A stretch of DNA of 64,000 bases from Octopus sinensis (taxonomy: Eukaryota): NCBI RefSeq assembly GCF_006345805.1, contig NC_042998.1, positions 194,742,001 to 194,806,000 of the forward strand. The letters run 5' to 3'. Numbering within the stretch: the stretch's first letter is position 1; the number at the start of each line of letters is the position of its first letter. The notes under the pieces were generated by a model. It worked only from the letters and a program-made list of their open reading frames with translations. It did not search any database and was not told where the DNA came from. This document shows, piece after piece, positions 1 through 11,714 of this stretch. Both the position numbers and the translations under genes were made by a program.

Positions 1-120
1 ATCGCTGGGAGCTTTTGGTGTTTTCGCTCAATAAACATTCACAATGCCTGGTCTGAGAATTGAATCCACGATCCTACAACCGTGAGTCCGATGTCCAAAC
101 CATTGGGCCATTGCGCCTCC
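1..120 (-). mobile_element. tRNA-derived SINE 5' head (truncated by window edge)
   Basis: Minus strand reads GGAGGCGCAATGGCCCAATGG (A-box-like)...GGATTCAATTCTC (B-box-like), followed by a non-tRNA body. Confidence 0.7.
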
Positions 121-841
121 AATGAGGTAGAGTAGCTTGCAAGACAAAAGGAAAGGGAAAAAGCACCCACTACTAAGAAGAAGTATTTTGTGGGCAAAAT
201 GTAGGTTGTTGGCTTTCTGTTAGGTGATGAAAGGTTTAAGCATGATAGATGGACAGGCACAGGTGTGCCTGTCCCTCTATACATGGCTGAAGGAGATTAA
301 AGGAAGACAGTGGTAGAGTGCTAGGGCAAACTCTCAGGGAACAAGATTAGCATAAGAGATAATACAGACAGTGTGTCATAGGGGATGAGAGAGTGGATGT
401 TTTCATAAGAGTGTGAGGTGGGGGTAAAGGTTAATGTATTGAGTAATGAAGAAGGGGGCGGGTGCAGATGATGGGAAAAACCAGTTTGTAGTGGGATAAG
501 GTGGGAAATATCGGAGTGGTTCAGGAAAAATAGAACAGAAAGTAGTGGGATGATATGCAAAATGTAAGATCAGTGGGAAGGCAGATATAGAGATATAATA
601 AGGTGGGTCATGATGGTAGATATTAGAGGGCATTGATAATGATAGCAGGTAAGGAAGTTGTTAAGGATAGAGTATAGCAGATGGGAAGGGAGAGAGCAGT
701 GGCTAAAGGCACTGAAATGAGGTGATTGCTGGAAATAGAGTGGGCAAAAATGATAAAGTAGTTCAGAGATGGGGCGAGACCACTAGGGATAGGATGGGAT
801 GTAATATGTGCTGATTCTGCTCTCAGGTGAGCATCACAGCT

Positions 842-1075
842 AAGGTGGCGAGCTGGCAGAAATGTTAGCACACCGGGCGAAATGCTTAGCGGTATTTCGT
901 CTGTCGTTACGTTGTGAGTTCAAATTCTGCCAAGGTCGACTTTGCCTTTCATCCTTTCGGGGTCGATAAATTAAGTACCAGTTACACACTAGGGTCGATG
1001 TAATCGACTTAATACCTATGTATGTCCTTGTTTGTCCCCTCTATGTTTAGCCCCTTGTGGGTAATAAAGAAATAG
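842..1075 (+). mobile_element. tRNA-derived SINE, GGCGAGCTGGCAG family (called family A here; probably the octopus OK type)
   Basis: Head AAGGTGGCGAGCTGGCAGAAATGTTAGC, B-box-like GAGTTCAAATTC, core GTCGACTTTGCCTTTCATCCTTTCGGGGTCGATAAATTAAGTACCAG, tail GCCCCTTGTGGGTAATAAAGAAAT. About 9 related loci in the window. The family name is from memory and not verified. Confidence 0.85.
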
Positions 1076-1239
1076 GTACCACAGACTTGGGAGGAATGAA
1101 AAGGGGAGTGGGGTAATGCTTGATGTGTCAGAAAGAGGGGAGAGACGAGTGGGACACAGGGTCTTACATATACAAGCATAACTAATATTTTAGGATATCA
1201 TTTTTGCTGTAATGAACAGATATTTTTGAGCACAGTAAA

Positions 1240-2215
1240 ACTCAATCATCTCAGTCCTTTGTCATCTCCTCTGATCAGCCTTCAGTACTTTGTCCCAAGT
1301 CTTCTTATTTCTTTATTGCCCACAAGGGGCTAAACACAGAGGGGACAAACAAGGTACTTAATTTATCGACCCCTAAAGGATGAAAGGCAAAGTCGACCTT
1401 GGCAGAATTAGAACTCAGAATGTAAAGACAAGCGAAATACAGCTAAGCATTTCGCCAGGCGTCCTAACGTTTCTGCCAGCTCGCCGCCCTGTCTTCTTGA
1501 GTCTCCTTCTTCCGTGATTTCCATCCACTTTAAGTGATCAGTATTTATTTATGCACCTGTCCTCATCTATATGCATCACATGGCTAAACCAGTGCAGTCT
1601 TCTTTCTTGCACACTGCATCTGGTTCCTCTTATGACTAACTTTTCTCTCAATACATTTGCACTTGCCATACATGCACATTAACATAGCACATTCAGCAGA
1701 GCATACTATCTTCATTCTTCTCTAATCTTTGTATGTCCTTTGCATTCAGGGCCCATGTTTCACTGCCATGCAGACTTGCTTTACATAGGCGTTCACGAGA
1801 TACACGCGGTCGATACGGCGACGTGGTCCGTCCTGTAAAATCCCGAAAGATGGCAACTATAAAATGACAATTATAAAATCAGCCTTTCACTCACAGAGAA
1901 CATCTTTTTTTGCCAACAGAAGTAACAGCTATCTGATTGTTCTCCATCCTATTCTTCTTCTAGTAACCACACTTTCAGACATCCTCCTCCACTGCTAATT
2001 GGGTCACCTAATTAACAGAAACTATCTACTACCTCTATGGTGTCTCCTGGGCATTTCAGTAAATCAATTTCCCATGTGACCTCAGATTTTATGGAACCTG
2101 TGCCTCTGTCACATACAAAAACTATTTTCTCTATTATCCTCGTTGCAATTCCACTGCACCTCTTGTGTACCCACCGCTAGCACCGGGTACACCATATGTA
2201 ATTCTTGCTTACAAG
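1240..2215 (-). mobile_element. Degraded RTE-clade LINE ORF C-terminal fragment (copy A)
   Basis: Minus-strand remnants of VQERRLHWF.HV and the PHD-like WCTRC.RWVHKRCSG; interrupted by a SINE at 1307-1490. Confidence 0.75.
1307..1490 (-). mobile_element. Family A SINE (internally deleted) nested in RTE copy A
   Basis: Reverse complement of family A; flanked by GTCTTCTT at 1299-1306 and 1491-1498 (TSD). Confidence 0.85.
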
Positions 2216-2811
2216 CCCCCACCTCATCTCATCCCCTAACTCTCATCATTTCTTTATGTATGGCTGTTGAGAACAGAATAGGCACATACTATGTCCCCTC
2301 CCTTTTGGCAACCTTCTTCCACCCACCCCTGAAACCACTTTCATTTTTCATTATCTACCCTGGCCCCTATTTCTCTCAAACACTTTCTTTCTATGCCTTC
2401 AGCTTTTGCTCTTTCCACTCTGCTACACCTTTTATCTGCTGTCACTCTCAATGCACTCACATAACTAACATAGCACCCCACCCCTTGAACCCTCACTTGC
2501 TACTGTCACCTCTGTCTCATCTCTCCTTACAATCTTATGAAACATCCCCCTTTATATCTCTGCCTACTTACCCTGTTCAATCATCTGTATCATTTCATTT
2601 ATATTCACCCTCCATTGTGTCTTGAAGGTAAGTCCCCCACTGACATCCCCACCACCAACCCTCTCTCTGTCTCTTCAACTTTCTCTCAGTCTGTCTCTCT
2701 TTCTCTCTAACTCTCTCACTTTCTTTCTCTCCTTTCTTTTCCACCTGGGTTATCTCCTGAACAGCAAGATACCTAATCTCTATGCCTCTATTATACATTA
2801 ACCTCTCATCA

Positions 2812-3327
2812 ACCAACATAAGAGAAGAAAATACCCTCCATCAGGCATTTGCCATATTCTGAACGCCTTACTTCCCTGGGCATGGACACATTGAAACTCC
2901 GACGGCTGGCAGATGACTTGGCAGACACCCATAAATTTATCAACCATCTTACTAACAATAACTCTGAGCACCTTTTCAAACTCCACCTGTCTAACACCCG
3001 TGGACATGTTTACAAAGTCAGAAAACAGCACAGCTCCTTCCATGACTTTCGGAAGTATTTTTTCATGCTAAGAGTTGCTGAAGCATGGAACAAACTGCCC
3101 GCATCAGTTGTTAGTTGTCGGAGCACTGCATCCTTCAAAACTTCCATGCTTCCTGAGATTCACCAACACTACACCTGGTTTTCTCCCCTCTATACACATG
3201 CAAGCATGTATCTGACTCATACACTGTTCACTCCCCAGACATTTGTACATTACTGCATACGCTTTATACACACTTTTGACAAGTTGTGGTGCACCTGAGC
3301 ACTGTATACAATAATTTCATTATTATT
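2812..3327 (+). mobile_element. CR1-group LINE 3' end (RT C-terminus plus 3' UTR)
   Basis: ORF 2849-3298 PYSERLTSLGMDTLKLRRL...TRGH..KVRK...RKYFFMLRVAEAWNKLP is the typical CR1/L2 RT C-terminal pattern; ends GTGCACCTGAGCACTGTATACAATAATTTCATTATTATT. Confidence 0.85.
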
Positions 3328-3619
3328 AAAAAGATGCCTCTCTCAATACTACACCCACTTCCAATTGAAAGGTTTTTGTCTTGCAGGTAACTTGGTGGCA
3401 CTCGGTGTTGGTGCTGTGTAAAAAGCTCCTTGTACTCTCTGTAAAGTGGTTGGCATTAGGAAGGCTATCAAGCCTTAGATTCAATGCCACAGAAGTCATT
3501 GGAGCTAGGTGCAGTCTCCTAGATTGCCAGCTCCTGTGAGACTATCCAATTTATGTCAGCATGGAAAATAGATATTAAATGATGATGACAATATATGTAT
3601 GTGCATATATATGTGTGTA

Positions 3620-3661
<42 letters not shown>

Positions 3662-3724
3662 GTAAACTCTGGTTGCAGAAGAAACAAATATAAGGTCATC
3701 CATGTAACATATCACATCTCGAAC

Positions 3725-5985
3725 ATTTAATCAAATTGGGGAGCTGCACTAGACTCCAATCTGACTTGGTATGGTTTCTTTGGCAGGATGCCCTTCCTAA
3801 TACCAACCACTTTACAGAGCGTGCCGGGTGCTTTTATGTGCCACTGCATGGGTGCTTTTACATGGTGCTGCATGGGCACTTTTATGTGACACTGCACAAG
3901 AGCTTTTACGTGACACCACCATGAGTGCTTTACACCAGAGGGACTGGTCTTAACACTTCTGTTGTGGAGATTGGGTCTTCTTGAGTACAGCAAGATGTCA
4001 CGCATCTCAGTCCTTTATCATCTCGCCTGAAAGGTTCAGCGTCCTGAGGCTATTCTACAGTACTTCATTCCATGTCTTCCACTTCCATATATTCCATCTA
4101 CTTTGAGAGATTGGCACTTCTTTATGGAGCTGTTGGGATCCATGTCCATCACATGACCATACCAATGCAGTCTTCTCTCTTGCACACAGCAACTAATTCT
4201 TCTTATGTTTAACTTCTCTCTAAAAAGACTAGCTACTCTGCCAAACATGTGCACTTACATTCCACATCCTTTCTAACCTTTGTATGTCCTCAGAATTCAG
4301 GGCCCACATCTCACTACTATGTAGAATTACTCTTTGTATACAAGCATCATACAATCTTCCTGTCACTTAGAGACAGAAACCTTTTGTGGCCAACAGAGGT
4401 AATAGCTCCCTGAATTTCTTCCATCCTATTCTTATTCTAGCTATTACACTCTCCATGCATCCTCTCCCAACTACTAATTTGGTTTTCTAGGTAGAAATTA
4501 TCTACTACCTCTAATGAGCCACCAGGGCATTTGAGAGAATCAATTTCCTGAGTCCCTAAAGTTTTTATGGATCATGTGCATCTTCCACATACAAAAACTA
4601 TCATCTCTGGTAACTTTCTCATTAATCCACTGCACCTCTTGTGTGTCCATAGTTTACACTGGATACACCATGTGGAGTTCCTGCCTACACCTTACCTACA
4701 AATCAAACAGGACTGCCTACCTGATTGGGTTAGAGTCCTGTCAGTTTTCTTGATTACTAGAACCTCAGTCTTTGCTAAGTTAACCTTAAGGCCCCTAGAT
4801 TCCAGATTTTCCTTCCACTTCTGGAATTTCTCTTCTAGTTCTGTTATGGAATCCACTATGAGAGCAAGATTATCAGCATATAGTAGTTCCCAGAGGCTGC
4901 TAGTCTTGAATTCCTCTGTTATGGCAAGAATGACAATGATGAAAAGGAGGGGACTGAGTGTTGATGAACCCCTACCTGTACACCAAATTCTTCACTGTAC
5001 TCATGGTTAAGTCTCACCTTACTGACAGTGTCTTTGTACATGGCCTGTACAGCTTTCACCAGTCACTTGTCTATCCCTAGCCTTCCCAGAACCCTCCATA
5101 TAACACAGTGGGGCACTCTATTGAAGGTTTTCTCTATAGATTAACGAATGCCAAGTATAATGGTTTATCTATATATATATAAAGCTGAAGTTGTCTGTGT
5201 ATGGCAGGTTTGGTAGCCTTCAACTAACACTATCTCCTCCGAGACCCTGCAGTGCAAGTTGACCAAAATTGAAAGTATGATAGAAGAAGGCTTGCTCTTC
5301 CTTCCGGAGAAGAAAAATTTAAATTGGTCCTTGTTAACACCAAAAATTATTTACATCAAAAAGGTAGGGTTTTTTCTATGAAAATCCCTATTTTTTACGA
5401 TTTTTTTACTGCTGTATCGCCATTTTTTGGTGTATTTCAACCAGAAAAATGTTCACTTGAAGAGAATAACAAGCTACATAATGCAAAATTTTTACTTTTC
5501 AAAAATTCCAATTCTAAAGGGTCGAAACAAACCCAAACAACGCCGGGCGATACTGCTAGTTCTTAACTAAGTACTTCTTTTGCGGTTGCCTGTCTATAAA
5601 AATAGTGTCAGTAGTGCTTTGCTGGACAAAGCTGAACTGCATTTCATCTAGCCTAATTCCACACCTAATTAATTGGGCTGTAACTCATTCCATAGTTTTC
5701 TTCACCTGTTCCAGGAATTTGATGCCTCTATAATTGCTTCTACCTAAAGCATCACCCTTACCATTGTAGCAGCTAACAATAATGCTGCCACACCAGTCAC
5801 TGGGTATTACACCTTCTTGAATGGCCTCCTTAACGATGCTGATGACTAGCCTGTATCCTACCTTACTGGATATTTTGAGCATCTTAGCTGTGATTTCGGA
5901 TGGGCCAGGAGCTTTCCCAATTTTCATGTTTTTAATTACTTTATCTACTACACTGCTGTCCACTAGGATAGCCCAGTCTCTCTGT
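3725..5985 (-). mobile_element. RTE-clade LINE fragment (copy B): RT region through 3' UTR, interrupted by a Helitron
   Basis: Minus ORF remnants KAPGPSEITAKMLK...YNGKGDALGRSNYRGIK (5685-5963), CLICR.GVGRNSTWCIQCKLWTHKRC (about 4630-4720), CVQERRLHWYGHV (4036-4254), followed by 3' UTR repeats. Confidence 0.85.
5168..5559 (+). mobile_element. Non-autonomous Helitron-like element
   Basis: Starts TCTATATATATATAAAGCTG, ends CAACGCCGGGCGATACTGCTAG, sits between A(5167) and T(5560) with no TSD. Removing it restores RTE sequence collinear with the copy at 55800. Confidence 0.85.
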
Positions 5986-6159
5986 TGAGTTCACATGAGG
6001 GAGACTCCCTTTATTCCATTCATTTTCTACATACAACAGACTCGCATAGTAACTTTTCCATGCCTCTTTCTTGTCCACATCACTAAGTGCAAGCATACCA
6101 TTATCCATCTGCACAAACTTCTCTCATACAATATCTCAATTCTGCACACACACGTACAC

Positions 6160-6410
6160 ACACACACAGACACACACACGTATATATGTGTATGTGTTTG
6201 TTTCATTGTTTCCTTGCTTTGACATTGTGCGATAGCTGTGAGTGTCAATGTTATGCAAGCAGTCGTCCTTTGTTTCCAATTTCCCATGGAAACATGTCTG
6301 GTTATGGGAAATATTGCCTTTCTAGGAAACAGGTGAAGGCTGGTGACTAGAAGGGCATCCAGCTGTACAAAATCTGCCCGATCCATATAAGAGTATAGAA
6401 AAGTAGATGT
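6160..6410 (+). mobile_element. Older SINE body with RTE-type tail segment (AAGGGCATCCAGCTGTA...AAATCTGCC)
   Basis: Related bodies at about 31250-31630 and 53500-53900 are preceded by a CORE-like head and a microsatellite. Confidence 0.6.
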
Positions 6411-6412
6411 TT

Positions 6413-6815
6413 TGGCTGTGTGGTAAGTAGCTTGCTTACCAACCATATGGTTCTGGGTTCAGTCCCACTGCGTGGCACCTTGGGCAAGTGTCTTTTACAA
6501 AAGCCTTGGGCCAACCAAAGCCTTGTGAGTGGATTTAGTAGACGGAAACTAAAAGAAGTCTGTCGTATATATGTATGTATATGTGTATATATGTATATAT
6601 CTCTGTGTGTGTTTGTGCGTCTGTGTGTGTCCCCACCAACATCGCTTGACAACCGATGCTGGTGTGTTTACGTCCCCATAACTCAGCGGTTCAGCTAAAG
6701 AGACCGCTGGAATAAGTACTAGGCTTACAAAGAATAAGTCCTGGGGGCGATTTGCTCGACTAAAGGCAGTGCTCCAACATGGCCGCAGTCAAATGACTGA
6801 AACAAGTAAAAGAGT
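6413..6815 (+). mobile_element. tRNA/CORE-like SINE with central (TA)n(TG)n and AAAGAGT tail (family B; probably octopus OR type)
   Basis: TGGCTGTGTGGTAAGTAGCTTGC...GGTTCAGTCCC, CORE-like CACCTTGGGCAAGTGTCTT, microsatellite, body ending CAGTCAAATGACTGAAACAAGTAAAAGAGT. Confidence 0.85.
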
Positions 6816-7149
6816 ATATCATTATCATCATTCAGCATCTGCTTTTCCTGCTGGCATGGGTTGAACGGTTTGACTGGAACTGGTAAGCTGGAAGGCTGCA
6901 CCAAATTTCAGTCTGGTTTAGCATGGTTTCTATGGCTGGATGTCCTTCCTAATGCCAAGAGTGTAATGGGTGCTTTTTACATACCACTGGTATGTAACAT
7001 TGGCATTTTATGTAACATTGGCATTTGCTACGATTATGATTTCATTTGGCTTGATGAGTCTTGTCAAGCATGGCATATCGTCAAAGGTCTCAGTTACTTA
7101 TCATCTCCATGAAGCCCAACGTTTGAAGGGTGGTTTTTTATACATGTCA

Positions 7150-7558
7150 CTGGCAGAAACGTTAGCGCGCCTGGGCAAAATGCTTTGTGGTATTTCGTCT
7201 GCCGTTACGTTCTGAGTTCAAATTATGCCGAGGTCGACTTTGCCTTTCATCCTTTTGGGGTCGATAAATAAAGTACCAGTTACGCACTGGGGTCGATGGA
7301 ATCGACTTAATCCCTTTGTCTGTCCTTGTTTGTCCCCTCTGTGTTTAGCCCCTTGTGGGTAGTAAAGAAATAGGTATTTTTCGTCTGCTGTTACGTTCTG
7401 AATTCAAATTCCACCGAGGTCGACTTTGCCTTTCATCCTTTCAGGGTCGATAAATAAAGTACCAGTTACGCACTGGGGTCGATGTAATCAACTTAATCCC
7501 TTTGTTTGTCCTTGTTTGTCCCCTCTATGTTTAGCCCCTTGTGAGCAGTAAAGAAATA
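7150..7558 (+). mobile_element. Family A SINE dimer
   Basis: Full unit, then a second unit starting at the internal GTATTT..CGTCTG site directly after AAAGAAATAG. Confidence 0.85.
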
Positions 7559-7559
7559 T

Positions 7560-7870
7560 GCTATGCAACACCAGCATTGGCCACCACTACGATTTCACTT
7601 GGCTTGACAGGTCTTCTCAAGCATAGCATATTGCCAGAGGTCTTGGTCACTTGTCATTGCCTCCAAGAGGCAGGCCCAATGTTTGAAGATAATACTTCTC
7701 CACTTTGTCCAATGTCTTCCTGGGTCTACCTCTTCCACAGGTTCTCTCTAAATTCAGAAACTGACACTTCTTTACAGAGCTGTCCTTGTTCATACATATC
7801 ACATGACCATACCAGCACAATCGTCTTTCTTGCACACCACATCTGGTGGATGATAATATTTTCAATAGAG
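7560..7870 (-). mobile_element. RTE-clade LINE 3' fragment
   Basis: ORF 7647-7865 CGVQERRLCWYGHV...GRGRPRKTLDKV. Confidence 0.8.
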
Positions 7871-9099
7871 ATATTGCAGCTGTATCTGATAGTTCACATA
7901 CTTCAAGTATGTAGATAAGTAGATATGTTTACTCTATTGCTGACATTATTCAGTAGTTTCTTCATTATTTTAATGCACTGTTTTCAATCATTAATAAAAC
8001 TATTGGCAGTTAGGTGACATGCATATGCTAGTATATTACATAATATATTTCGTTTTTGGAGTCAAAACTATTGAAAAGGTTGCAAGATGCAACGAAAATT
8101 TTAGGACAATAAAAATAAGAAAAAAGTGGAAATTTTACAGGTGAGTGTGTTACATAATAAAGCACAAAAAGAAAGTGACTCTCCCAGACACAACAGAGTA
8201 CATAATATATATTATTCCAAAATATAATTTTATATTTTATAGAGTGCTCAGGTGCGTTGCAACTCACATGAAAAGGTGGAAACAGAAAACACCAACAACC
8301 AAGCATGACCTGGTAGCATGTACCAAGCTTTCACTAATTGTTTTAGGTGCTTTGCAAACAGACATAGATACAGTTTTGGTCTTCTTAGCCTTGACCCAGT
8401 GGAACATCGAGGATATGACAGTTGGAGGTAGAGAGGGCTTTGCCAACATTCTGCTTATTTTTAGTAGAGTTGACTGAAATAATATACCTTACTGAAGGAC
8501 ACTATGTGTCACCCAGTCCAGGAATTGAACCCATGACCTTGCGAGCCTAACTTCGTAACTGTTATGCCACATGCCTCTTTATTACTATATGTACATATCT
8601 GAATAGTTAACGAATAATGAAGCAATAATAAATCTCTGAACGAGGTATAAACAGTAGCTGCTCAACAATGTGAAGTATATTTGCCACTTAAATATGGCTA
8701 ACCACTAAGGGTGGATGCTACTGTAGCTCGTAGCCCCAGGAGAACATCTTCTCCAGCTGGCTATGATTATAATTATAATAAAATTAATAATTAATTATTA
8801 TTAGTTCCATAATGAAATTAAAGTTCTTAAAATGTGGTTATTGATGCAGTACTGATTATTGCTTTGCCATATAAATTAGCGGACTCATAGGAATGAAACA
8901 ACATTTTATTATTGCAGCCTAGAGACTTCAAAAATATCTCCTAATGAGATTGTATGATATATGCTCTTGGCACCAAACCCACACTAACTTTATGAGGAGA
9001 GACCTCAGAAATATCCTTTGATAAGGTCATGCTAATCTTGCCTCTCCAACTGTACAATGACAATTCATACACAGATGAAGGAAACAATATTATACAACA

Positions 9100-9780
9100 C
9101 AACCGAGACCATAACCCATGGCCTTTACCAGGGATGTAGCCAGCCCACTTATGCATACCTTTCCTTCTTTGGACACTAAACTCTGCTTGCGAAGACCTGT
9201 TGAGGCAAGTGAATTCGAGATTGAATTCGAAATCGAACCAAATTCATCAACTGGTACCCATGCCAACCTCCCTTCAATGGACACTAAACTCTGCTTGTGA
9301 AGACCTGTTGGGGCAAGTGAAATCAAAATTGAACCAAGTTCAATGACTGGCATCCATGCCAGTGGAGCGCTAACAGCTCCATCCAAGCGGGATCACTGCA
9401 AGAGCAGCTGTCTGGCATGTAAAGTGCACCATTTGAGCGTGACTGTTGTCAGTGTCGCCTCACTGGCATGTGAACAAAACATTTGAGTGAGGTCGTTGTC
9501 AGTACTGCTGGACTGACTCCTGTGCAGGTGGCACATAAAAAATTTCATTTTCGAGTGTGGCCGTTGCCAATACCGCCAGACTGGCCCTCGTGCCGGTGGC
9601 ACTTTAAAAGTACCCACTACACTCTCGGAGTGGTTGGCATTAGGAAGGGCATCCAGCTGTAGAAACTCTGCCAGATCAGATTGGAGCCTGGTGCAGCCAT
9701 CTGGTTCGCCAGTGCTCAGTTAAATCGTCCAACCCATGCTAGCATGGAAAGCGGACGTTAAACGATGATGATGATGATGA
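9100..9780 (+). mobile_element. RTE 3' UTR, 5'-truncated copy with internal ~108 bp tandem duplication
   Basis: Matches the sequence following the RTE stop in other copies; GGACACTAAACTCTGC at 9171 and 9279; ends GCTAGCATGGAAAGCGGACGTTAAACGATGATGATG. Confidence 0.85.
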
Positions 9781-9825
9781 CAACCCTAAACATAGCATGC
9801 AATTAGGACTCCCAAGATCTTTAGA

Positions 9826-9859
<34 letters not shown>

Positions 9860-10696
9860 TATAGGGAAATTGAAAAATTAGGTAGACAAGTAGGCAGTAG
9901 GTTCAATACAAAGGATATACAGGTAAATTGTTTCATCATCATCATCATTATAGTTTTTAATTTATGTTTTTCACCCTCACCACTACCACCACCATGCTGG
10001 TCTACTTAATAGCATCAGGTCACTTGTCTCATTGAAGCCTCATTTTAGCTGTAAGCTTCAATAGCCTGGGATCTGAACTCACAACTTCAGATATTCAATA
10101 CCCATGTCTAAGTACCATGCAGTATTATACCTCAGACGCATGTTTTATATAGCTTGCATTTTGTATGAAGAGACAAATCGTTCGTTGTAATCAGAGGCAA
10201 TTGATTCCTAAACTACTGGTTGCTACTGTGCATTCACCATAACAGTCTCATCAAATTAGATAACAGAGGCAACAGTAACCATCTGCTAAATATCAGTTCA
10301 TGAATTCTCTTTCAGATAGCTCCGTAGATGTAGTTTGTTGATAGATGTGGCGATAGAAAAACAGTAAGAATAAACTTACTGGTGAATAGGTAGATAAATA
10401 AAAATATATGTCAACTGAAGTAAATAGAAATATAAGTGAATTGATAATAAAGTTATAATAATAATAACGTAATTATTGTTTATAGTGCTCAGGTGCACTA
10501 CAACAATTAATCATATTCAGTTTCATAAAATCTTTTTTGTAGTAATGTGGGTTCCAGGCTAAAAAATGTGAATTAAAATTAAACATTTCTAAATATTTAG
10601 TGTAAGGGAGACAACTCAATTTAATAATAAATTAAAATAATCTGTTGTCTCCCTTCCTAATCCTTGTTCCTGAGATTGTATTGTCATTTAATGAGT

Positions 10697-10795
10697 AACG
10701 CTGCGATGGACTGACGTCCCATCCAGTTGGGGAATACATATACCATAGAAACCGGGCCCATGAGCCTAGCTAGGCTTGAAAAGGGCAAATTTATT
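10697..10795 (+). mobile_element. V-domain-like SINE 3' fragment
   Basis: CTGCGATGGACTGACGTCCCATCCAG resembles the V-SINE core CCTGCGATGGACTGGCG.CC.GTCCAG (from memory); single copy here. Confidence 0.45.
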
Positions 10796-11092
10796 TATTT
10801 ATTCCCTTTTTGGAACATTTCAGTACCTACTTTATTTACTTAACTCCATTAAATATATATAGTTTTACCCAATTCCTTTTATATGCACTCATTTTTATCT
10901 ACTTTGTTCCTTTCTGTCAGTTTTTATTCATCTTATAGCAGATATTTTCCTCGGATTTGAACATTTTTTGTAGTTTATGGCGAGATTGTAACCTCATTCA
11001 AAATCCAAATCCAAAACCGGGAGCAAAGAAAAAAAAACTGAAAACGAAGAACTTACAAGATCCAGGTTTAAAATTAAATCCTCTTGCCTTAC

Positions 11093-11400
11093 CATTTGGA
11101 TAATTTTGACCACAACTAGCTGCGATATATCCCTGAACTTTACCAAAATATCTACTGATACTTTTTACAATCAGTCGAGATCTTTTCCGTAACTGCCGTT
11201 CAAACGGAAAAGATCCATCGAGGATTTAATAGCCACGGCTAAACCTCTAGACGAATGTTCCGTAGTTTTTAGCAAACCTCTGGAGATTTATTTATACTGC
11301 AGCCGGAGGTGATGTGCCGTAGGTCTACGTTAATAAGGAGTTTCACAACTCTCTAGAAATTTGTCTTACGGCTGGAGGTTAATTGCCATTAAGCCAATGC
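11093..11400 (-). promoter_or_regulatory. Candidate promoter and first exon (minus strand)
   Basis: CpG-rich unique patch; TATAAATA at 11296-11289; CCAAT at 11394-11398; exon would end ...CCAAATG|GTAAGG at 11093. No transcript evidence. Confidence 0.3.
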
Positions 11401-11523
11401 TAATGAGATTTCTCAATTCTCTCTTGCTATTTCATGCGTATTTACACATCAAAATGTAAATCATGCATATTACTGCTTAAAGGCATTATTGTCATTGCAT
11501 CTTCATCAACATTTATATTATTT

Positions 11524-11714
11524 TATTATTTAAAACAGTTTGTTTCGGCTCTATGTGATTTTAAGGTTTGCAAGCCTCTAACAAAAGCCCGTCTCTTTCA
11601 GGCTTAAATTAAGTTTCATGGAGCCAGTAATCTAAGCCTGGAAGAGAGGGTTTCTGTTAGAGGCCTACGAAATTTTAAGTCTCATGGCACTGAATTAAAC
11701 TGTTTTAAATAATA
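11524..11714. mobile_element. Foldback MITE-like palindrome (~191 bp)
   Basis: TATTATTTAAAACAGTTT...GCCTCTAACA...CAGGCTTA is mirrored by TAAGCCTG...TGTTAGAGGC...AAACTGTTTTAAATAATA, with a short central loop. Confidence 0.75.

Noticed and set aside
121-840. Purine-rich stretch with a faint Penelope-like PTT..SIFPEP remnant on the minus strand
   Set aside because: A single short motif in low-complexity sequence; not enough to call.
10455-10510. Separate short repeat family GTGCTCAGGTGC (also about 8245)
   Set aside because: It is the extreme 3' end of the CR1 element seen at 2812 and 23499, i.e. severely truncated insertions.
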